From positions 840,001 to 872,000 of the forward strand of contig NC_000917.1 in assembly GCF_000008665.1 (NCBI RefSeq): a DNA stretch of 32,000 nt, read 5' to 3'. Every line of letters starts with the position of its first letter. Position 1 is the first letter of the stretch. Of the stretch, positions 26,380-32,000 are shown one piece after another. The translations under genes were made by a program, and so were the position numbers. The notes beneath the pieces were generated by a model. It did not search any database, had not been told where the DNA came from, and saw only the letters and a program-made list of their open reading frames with translations. Source of the DNA: Archaeoglobus fulgidus DSM 4304 (GTDB lineage Archaea > Halobacteriota > Archaeoglobi > Archaeoglobales > Archaeoglobaceae).

Positions 26380-27582
26380 TCACCTCTTGTTAGACATAAC
26401 CATAACAGTTCCAACCTGCATCAGGTCTCCCCATGCCTGACATACTCCTGTTGTGACTTCCTTCGCCACCTGTCTCTTTCCAGCCCTGTAGGCGAGCTGC
26501 CAGTAGATTTCGCACGCCTTAACACCCATTGTAGCTGCAATTGGATTTCCAACACCAAGCAGACCTCCTGACGGGCAGGTGGGCAAGTCACCGTCTCTCT
26601 GCGTAACTCCTTCCCTTGTCAGAATTGGAGCCTCACCTTTCTTCGCCAATCCCAATCCCTCCATGTGGTGCAGCTCCTTGTAGTCGAAGGGGTCGTAGGG
26701 TTCAGCAACGTCAATCTCCTTTCTTGGGTCAGTGATGTGGGCCATCCTGTAAGCCATCTTCGCAGCCTCAGCCACATAGCGCGGGAAGTAGAGGTCTCTG
26801 TTGGTCCACCAGGTCGTGTCGAGGGCCCAGCCAACTCCCGTCACCCAGACTGGGTTGTCGGTTAGCTGCCTCGCAATGTGCGGGGCGACCATTATCAGCG
26901 CTGCAGCTCCGTCTGATGGCGGTGAGACGTCGAGCCTTCTCACGGGCAATGCCATCGGCTCGCTGTTGAGAACATCCTCAACAGTAATCTTTTCCGCCAC
27001 CTGAGCACACGGATGATCCAAAGCATTTGCCTTGTTCTTGACAGAAACCAAAGCGATATCCTCGTGCTTTATGTTGTGGACGTGCATGTATCGGCGCATT
27101 TCGAGTGCGAAAATCCATATCAGGTTGGGGTTAAGCGGGCGGTCGAGGATGGGGTCCCAGATGTACTTGAAAGCCGACTGGGGATGGGGATGGACTGAAG
27201 ACATCTTCTCCTCGCAAACGACAAGGCAGACATCAGCTAAACCGCTTGCAACGTGCCAGTAGCCAGCGATTGGGGCAAAGACTCCAGTTCCACCACCGAC
27301 GAAAACTCTCATGTAAGGGCGGTTACTCCCACCAGAGCCGTCGAGCAGGTACTCTCCCTTCATGTGGAAGCCATCGAAGGCGTCTGGTGCAGAGCCCATC
27401 ACCACCATCTCAATGTCGTCAATCGTAAGGCCAGCCTCCTCTAAAGCCTGCTTTACAGCAAGGTAGCTCAGCTCTCTTCCCGTTTCATTGAGCCTCCTCT
27501 TGAAGGTGGTCATTCCCGCTCCTACAATGGCCACATCCTGCTTCTTGTGAAACTTCAAACCGCTTATCCTCTCAACTTCCAT
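26380..27582 (-). CDS. Thiolase-superfamily (SCP-x/Ltp-like) protein lacking canonical catalytic residues
   Basis: VAIVGAGMTTFKRR, GLADVCLVVCEEKMS, PSGGLLGVGNPIAATMGVKA and RAGKRQV. Start MEVERISGL at 27582 has the SD GGTGG. Confidence 0.88.
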   Translation of the reverse strand: MEVERISGLKFHKKQDVAIVGAGMTTFKRRLNETGRELSYLAVKQALEEAGLTIDDIEMVVMGSAPDAFDGFHMKGEYLLDGSGGSNRPYMRVFVGGGTGVFAPIAGYWHVASGLADVCLVVCEEKMSSVHPHPQSAFKYIWDPILDRPLNPNLIWIFALEMRRYMHVHNIKHEDIALVSVKNKANALDHPCAQVAEKITVEDVLNSEPMALPVRRLDVSPPSDGAAALIMVAPHIARQLTDNPVWVTGVGWALDTTWWTNRDLYFPRYVAEAAKMAYRMAHITDPRKEIDVAEPYDPFDYKELHHMEGLGLAKKGEAPILTREGVTQRDGDLPTCPSGGLLGVGNPIAATMGVKACEIYWQLAYRAGKRQVAKEVTTGVCQAWGDLMQVGTVMVMSNKR

Positions 27583-27592
27583 AACCACCACC

Positions 27593-28759
27593 TTACACAC
27601 CAAAAACTGCTACAGCACCGCTGTGCGTCGGCAGGTAGCGCCATGCCTGAGCCACTCCAACCTCCACATCGCTAAGCTGCCTCTTGCCCGCTTCACCGCG
27701 AAGCTGCAGAACCACCTCTAAAGCTTTCTGCCCTCCTGTGCACTCCAGCAGATTGCCAACTCCCAGACTTCCTCCAGAAACGTTTACCGGCTTGGCACCA
27801 TCCCTGTCGAAGTAGCCCTCAGCCATAAGCCTTGCAACGTCGAATTTGCCAGCAAGCTGCAATGCTTCGATGTGCTGCATCTCCTTGAAGGCAAACCTGT
27901 CGTCAACCTCAGCAAAGTCCACCTCCTTGGCGGGATTGGCTATTCCCGCCATCTTGTAGGCCATCTTTGCTGCCTTGTAGGCATACATTGCAGAGAAGCT
28001 CGCAGTATCGTAGCCGTAGGTTTCGCTCCACCATCCAATTCCCTTAACCCAGACTGGGTTGTCTGTCAGCTTCCTCGCCACCTCATCGCTTGCAAGGACA
28101 AAGACAACACAGCCGTCAGCAAGAGGAGCTATTTCCATCTTTTTCATGGGGTCAAAGAGCTTAGGGCTCGCCATGACGTCGTCAAGAGTTACGTTTGCAG
28201 CGTAAGGGGCTGCAGGATTGAGCAGGGCGTTGTTCTTGTTCTTCACTACAACCCTTGCCACGTCTTCCTCGCTGAGACACCTCTCAGCCATGTACTGGAA
28301 CATTTCGAGAGCAGCGAGGTAATATGGATGGGCATTTCCAACGTTCCTCAGCCATATCGGGTCCATCGCAAACTTAACAACATTGCCAAATGTCTGAATG
28401 TCACTCGCCTTGCTGTGGGCTTCAACAACTGCGATGTCCGCCAGCCCACTGTTTATGTGCATGTATGCCGTCGCAACGCCATAGAGGAAGTCTGCCGTTA
28501 CGGTGCACGTCGGCTTCACCACCGCTCCGAGCTGGTCCGGGACGAACTCGTCGAAAATGGCAAAGCCCTCGTATATGTCCTCAGCACACGTTACAAAGCT
28601 GTCCACATCCCTGCGCGGATTTATGCCAGCATCGGTGTAGGCTCTGACCGCAGCCTCGTACATAATTTCTTTCCAGCTCAGGTCGGGCGTGGTGGAGTTG
28701 AAACCCGCATAACCAACTCCCACAACAGCTACCATTCCATCACCAATTATTCTTTGCAT
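27593..28759 (-). CDS. Second thiolase-superfamily (SCP-x/Ltp-like) protein, divergent catalytic residues
   Basis: VAVVGVGYAGF, NSGLADIAVVEAHSKASD, SGGSLGVGNLLECTGGQKALEVVLQLRGEAGKRQL. Confidence 0.86.
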   Translation of the reverse strand: MQRIIGDGMVAVVGVGYAGFNSTTPDLSWKEIMYEAAVRAYTDAGINPRRDVDSFVTCAEDIYEGFAIFDEFVPDQLGAVVKPTCTVTADFLYGVATAYMHINSGLADIAVVEAHSKASDIQTFGNVVKFAMDPIWLRNVGNAHPYYLAALEMFQYMAERCLSEEDVARVVVKNKNNALLNPAAPYAANVTLDDVMASPKLFDPMKKMEIAPLADGCVVFVLASDEVARKLTDNPVWVKGIGWWSETYGYDTASFSAMYAYKAAKMAYKMAGIANPAKEVDFAEVDDRFAFKEMQHIEALQLAGKFDVARLMAEGYFDRDGAKPVNVSGGSLGVGNLLECTGGQKALEVVLQLRGEAGKRQLSDVEVGVAQAWRYLPTHSGAVAVFGV

Positions 28760-28964
28760 TTCGTTAATACTTAAATTTTACGTAATGTGCCGATTTAAAA
28801 ATAGATAATCCGCCTGTACCGAATTTGTTCCAATTAATACTTGATATATTCAATTTTTACGCGTTTAGATTTTTCATTTGCTCTCGTAATTAATTATTGA
28901 CATTAAAGCTAAATACAGTACGCTAAAAACAGCGTGTTAAAAACAAAAATATAAAAATAAAAAT

Positions 28965-30560
28965 TTAAACCTCCTTGGTCAGCTCAACGCAGTACTTCTG
29001 TACAGCCTCCTCCTCAACGGGCTTGGTTATGAGAGACACGATGATGAACAGCAGGAAGCCCACTGGAATTGCCCAGACTTGGTGTGGCGTAATCAGGGCC
29101 TTTGCGTTGCCAAACAGCACGTCGTTGAGGAAGAAGAAGGCATGATGCCCGAGCACGAGCTTTGCCTTCAGCCATGCGTAGAGGTGCAGTGGGGTCATGA
29201 CTATTGCTGTTGTCCACATCGCCGCTCTCGTTGCCCTCTTCCACCACAGTCCCAGCACAAGTCCTGGACCGAGGGCGGAGATGATGACGACGAATGCCCA
29301 TCCTGACAGGTCAAGCACAAGTCCCGGCGGGTTGATGGCAACGAGGAATCCCACGATCAGGAATATTACTGAGATTATCCTGGCCAGAGTCACCGGCTTC
29401 TCCTTAGCAAACTTGCTCTTCAGAAGCATGTCTCCCCAGTCCCTTGTCAGAAGAGTGTTGACAACCATAACCCATCCTGCTGCAGTTGACATTGCAATTG
29501 CTAAACCGCCAGCACAGAGGATACCGAGAACCCATGGATTCTGTAAGGCCTCAACTGCTGCAATCATTGAGTAGTCAGTCCACCCTCCAACTCCATACTG
29601 GGCCATGTAGCTCTGAAGGATTTTGACCGCATTGGCTCCCTCTCCTCCCATCGGGCCTGTTTCAATCATAAGCTTTGAGGCAGCACCGATAATTTCCAGA
29701 GCCATGTAGAAAATGCCTGCAGCGAGAGTGCACCAGAAAATGCTTCTTCTTGCGGTCTTGATGTCCATGGTTGTGAAGAACCTCACGACGGTGTAGGGCA
29801 TCGTTGCGAATCCGTAGTGCCAGACGAAGAACCAGCCAATAACTGCAATCCACGTTCCGCTGAGGAGGTGGGGTGGCTCAGGGTCGCTCGGGGTGTTCCA
29901 GAACTTGGGATTGTTGGCCAAAACAGCCTCGTAAAATCCTCCAAGTCCTCCGAGCTTGATAACAATTACTGCAGCAGCAATAACTGCAGCAACAGTCATC
30001 AGGAACGCCTGGAAGGCAGCGTTCCAGCTCGTTGCTATCATTCCGCCCCACACAACGTAGAGCATCACTATAATCGTTCCAACTATCAGTCCAATGATGT
30101 AGGGCACTTTTGCGACAGCTAACAGGAAGAGGGCCATACCCACAAGCGAGAGCGTTATGTAGAGCACCGCACCAATCACTGTAACTATACCCACAAGCCA
30201 TCTGAGCCTCTGGTCGTTGTACCTGTCAGCGTAGTAGTCAGCAAAGCTTGTTGGTGCGTACTTTCTCAGTGCTGATGCTGTCAGCAGAGTTGCAATGGGC
30301 ATTCCAGCAATTATGGCCGACATCGCCCACCAGAAGGGGTAGCCGAGGATGAAGATGTATGCCGGTAGTCCGAGCATCGAAGCAGGGCTCAGGTAAGTAG
30401 ATTCCAGTGCAAGACCGTTAACAACAGCGCCAACCTGCCTTCCAGCAACGTAGTAGTCTGTAGCGCTCTTCAGCCTTTGCCTCGAATAGTATCCTATTAT
30501 AATTATGGCCAGGAAGTACAGCACTGTAATTCCTATGACCGGTGCCTCCACCTGAGCCAT
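28965..30560 (-). CDS. Sodium/solute symporter (SSS) family transporter
   Basis: 13-TM-like protein: YYSRQRLKSATDYYVAGRQVGAVVNGLALESTYLSPASMLGLPAYIFILGYPFWW and LAMSTAAGWVMVVNTLLTRD. Confidence 0.93.
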   Translation of the reverse strand: MAQVEAPVIGITVLYFLAIIIIGYYSRQRLKSATDYYVAGRQVGAVVNGLALESTYLSPASMLGLPAYIFILGYPFWWAMSAIIAGMPIATLLTASALRKYAPTSFADYYADRYNDQRLRWLVGIVTVIGAVLYITLSLVGMALFLLAVAKVPYIIGLIVGTIIVMLYVVWGGMIATSWNAAFQAFLMTVAAVIAAAVIVIKLGGLGGFYEAVLANNPKFWNTPSDPEPPHLLSGTWIAVIGWFFVWHYGFATMPYTVVRFFTTMDIKTARRSIFWCTLAAGIFYMALEIIGAASKLMIETGPMGGEGANAVKILQSYMAQYGVGGWTDYSMIAAVEALQNPWVLGILCAGGLAIAMSTAAGWVMVVNTLLTRDWGDMLLKSKFAKEKPVTLARIISVIFLIVGFLVAINPPGLVLDLSGWAFVVIISALGPGLVLGLWWKRATRAAMWTTAIVMTPLHLYAWLKAKLVLGHHAFFFLNDVLFGNAKALITPHQVWAIPVGFLLFIIVSLITKPVEEEAVQKYCVELTKEV

Positions 30561-30820
30561 TACGAACCACCTCTCGCTTCTTCAGCCTTCTCCGGGAAGT
30601 AGAAGTATATTATCGACATGAACAGCGGTATCAAGAACGTCCCTAGGAACGACGCGTACCAGAAAGCTGCCGTCGGTATGTGGTTTATCCCTGCAGTCGC
30701 TTCCCCAATCCAGCAAAGTGCCACAAAGCCGTAGTACACTACCAAACCTACCCAAAACACTTTCGGCGGCCAAGGCATTTTCTCACCTACCTTCTCTATT
30801 GTTTGTGATAAATCCAACAT
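30560..30820 (-). CDS. Small two-TM membrane protein, candidate small subunit/partner of the SSS symporter
   Basis: 86-aa protein with two hydrophobic spans, overlapping the symporter start by 1 nt. An alternative start at 30778 (MPWPPKV) is preceded by SD-like GGTGAG. Confidence 0.75.
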   Translation of the reverse strand: MLDLSQTIEKVGEKMPWPPKVFWVGLVVYYGFVALCWIGEATAGINHIPTAAFWYASFLGTFLIPLFMSIIYFYFPEKAEEARGGS

Positions 30821-30889
30821 ATTTAAATTTTTTCATTTATGAACACAACTAATGTTGATTGATATTTAAAATGAGTGTATCTGCAAAAG

Positions 30890-30897
30890 CTTTATAT
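30890..30897 (+). promoter_or_regulatory. Candidate TATA box of the CNB-CBS-DUF294 gene
   Basis: GCAAAAGCTTTATATTG. Centre is about 28 nt from the ATG at 30922, suggesting a leaderless or near-leaderless transcript. Confidence 0.55.
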
Positions 30898-30921
30898 TGC
30901 CAGATTTGTTAATTATAAAAA

Positions 30922-32000
30922 ATGCTGCCGCCTAAAGAGTTTTTGAGAAAAATAAAACCCTTCAATCTACTGAAAGAGGAAGAGCTTGAGAAAATAGTTG
31001 GCGAGCTGGAAGTGGAGGCTTACGAGGAGGGCGAGGAGATAATAAAGCGCGGGGAGAACAGCAATTACGTTTACTTCGTTTACTCTGGCGTTGTCGGAGT
31101 ATATGAAAATGGAGAGCTAATTGACCGGTTCTCAAGGGGAGAAATATTTGGCCTTACGCATAACCCGCAGAGGGTTGCTGTAGCTGAGGAGGACACGATT
31201 TGCTACCTCATCAAGAAAGACGTCTTCATGGACATCATGGAAAAAAACAAGCTTTTCTCAGACTTTTTCAAATCTTTTGAGGAGAAAAGGTTTAGCAGAA
31301 TTCCTGACCTCTTCAGGGAGGAAGAAATTACTGACAGGTTATTTCTGACAAGAGTTGGAGAGCTTATTTCAAAAAAACCGGTTGTCTGCAGTCCATACAC
31401 GTCAATCAGAGACGCTGCAATTAAGATGGAGCTTAACGGAGTCGGTTCGATTGTGGTGGTGGATGACAATCTCAAACCCCTCGGAATACTAACGAGCAAG
31501 GACTTTAGAACCTTCATTATCTACGGAAAAAGCCACCAGGAAAAAGTTTCCGCGTACATGACTTCTCCAGTAGTTGCTGTTGACTACTCAACACCGGTGT
31601 TCGAGGCCCATCTCGAGCTACTGAAGAGGGGCATAAATCACCTTGTTGTCACAGAGAACGGAAAGGTGAGGGGCGTAATAACGGCCAACGACATCTTAAC
31701 ACTCTTTGAGCCAACAACCTCCCTCATCGTGCTGTACAGAAAACTGAAAAAGGCCAAGAGCCTCGAAGAAATAAAAAACACGTTTAAGAATTTGACAAAA
31801 TCGATTTCTTCCCTTGTAATGCGAGGTATGCACTTCTACGACCTTTCCAACATACTGACGGAAATCTACGACTATCTGGTTGTAAAGGTGATTGAGATGG
31901 AAAAGGAGAGATTTGAGAGGGAGTGGGGAAAGCTGCCCTCTTTCGCATGGGTGCACATGGGAAGCTCAGCCAGGAAGGAGCAGGTAATTGCAACCGACCA
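30922..32000 (+). CDS. Cyclic-nucleotide-binding-like + tandem CBS + DUF294-type nucleotidyltransferase signalling protein, truncated by the window end
   Basis: Open from ATG 30922 to the window edge. MLPPKEFLRKIKPFNLLKEEELEKIVGELEVEAYEEGEEIIKRGENSNYVYFVYSGVVGVYENG (CNB-like), two CBS segments (KPVVCSPYTSIRDAAIKM, SPVVAVDYSTPVFEAHLELLKRGINHLVVTENGKVRGVIT) and WVHMGSSARKEQVIATD (DUF294/NTase). Missing from the track because no stop lies in the window. Confidence 0.88.
   Translation, partial: MLPPKEFLRKIKPFNLLKEEELEKIVGELEVEAYEEGEEIIKRGENSNYVYFVYSGVVGVYENGELIDRFSRGEIFGLTHNPQRVAVAEEDTICYLIKKDVFMDIMEKNKLFSDFFKSFEEKRFSRIPDLFREEEITDRLFLTRVGELISKKPVVCSPYTSIRDAAIKMELNGVGSIVVVDDNLKPLGILTSKDFRTFIIYGKSHQEKVSAYMTSPVVAVDYSTPVFEAHLELLKRGINHLVVTENGKVRGVITANDILTLFEPTTSLIVLYRKLKKAKSLEEIKNTFKNLTKSISSLVMRGMHFYDLSNILTEIYDYLVVKVIEMEKERFEREWGKLPSFAWVHMGSSARKEQVIATD

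Noticed and set aside
27872-28774. 300-aa plus-strand ORF opposite the second thiolase-like gene
   Set aside because: Fully antisense to a gene with strong family similarity. The residue pattern (His/Cys/Arg-rich) looks like reverse-complement translation.
1-32000. CRISPR array, tRNA/rRNA genes or transposase/integrase genes
   Set aside because: No regularly spaced repeats, no cloverleaf-like or rRNA-like sequence noticed, and no recognisable transposase or integrase proteins in the ORF track. Subtle tRNAs could be missed without tRNAscan-SE.

Overview
This window is a densely packed euryarchaeal chromosome segment. Gene content and protein sequences fit Archaeoglobus (inference from recall, no search was run). 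Left to right: (1) the end of an unidentified + strand CDS and topoisomerase VI subunit A; (2) a small unknown ORF, surE and rpiA; (3) a minus-strand cell-surface locus made of a 1036-aa secreted protein with Ig-like repeats, a Thr-rich stalk and a PGF-CTERM-like tail, followed by two paralogous membrane-anchored coiled-coil proteins; (4) a HEPN/MNT (HepT/MntA-type) pair; (5) glnA, divergent from a nitrogen-assimilation run of polyferredoxin, FAD/NAD oxidoreductase and a glutamate synthase split into three genes; (6) a TPR protein with an unlisted 59-aa ORF upstream; (7) a leuA-family gene; (8) a minus-strand catabolic run encoding two thiolase-like proteins, two DUF35 proteins, an acyl-CoA dehydrogenase, an enoyl-CoA hydratase and a complete LivKHMGF-type ABC transporter; (9) an SSS-family symporter with a small membrane partner, divergent from a truncated CNB-CBS-DUF294 signalling protein. 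The most interesting candidates are the catabolic run and the surface locus. In the catabolic run both thiolase-like proteins appear to lack the canonical Cys and His catalytic residues, and no 3-hydroxyacyl-CoA dehydrogenase is present, which suggests aldolytic rather than thiolytic acyl-CoA cleavage. In the surface locus the leader of the large gene carries tandem TATA-like elements and a strong 9-bp-stem hairpin.
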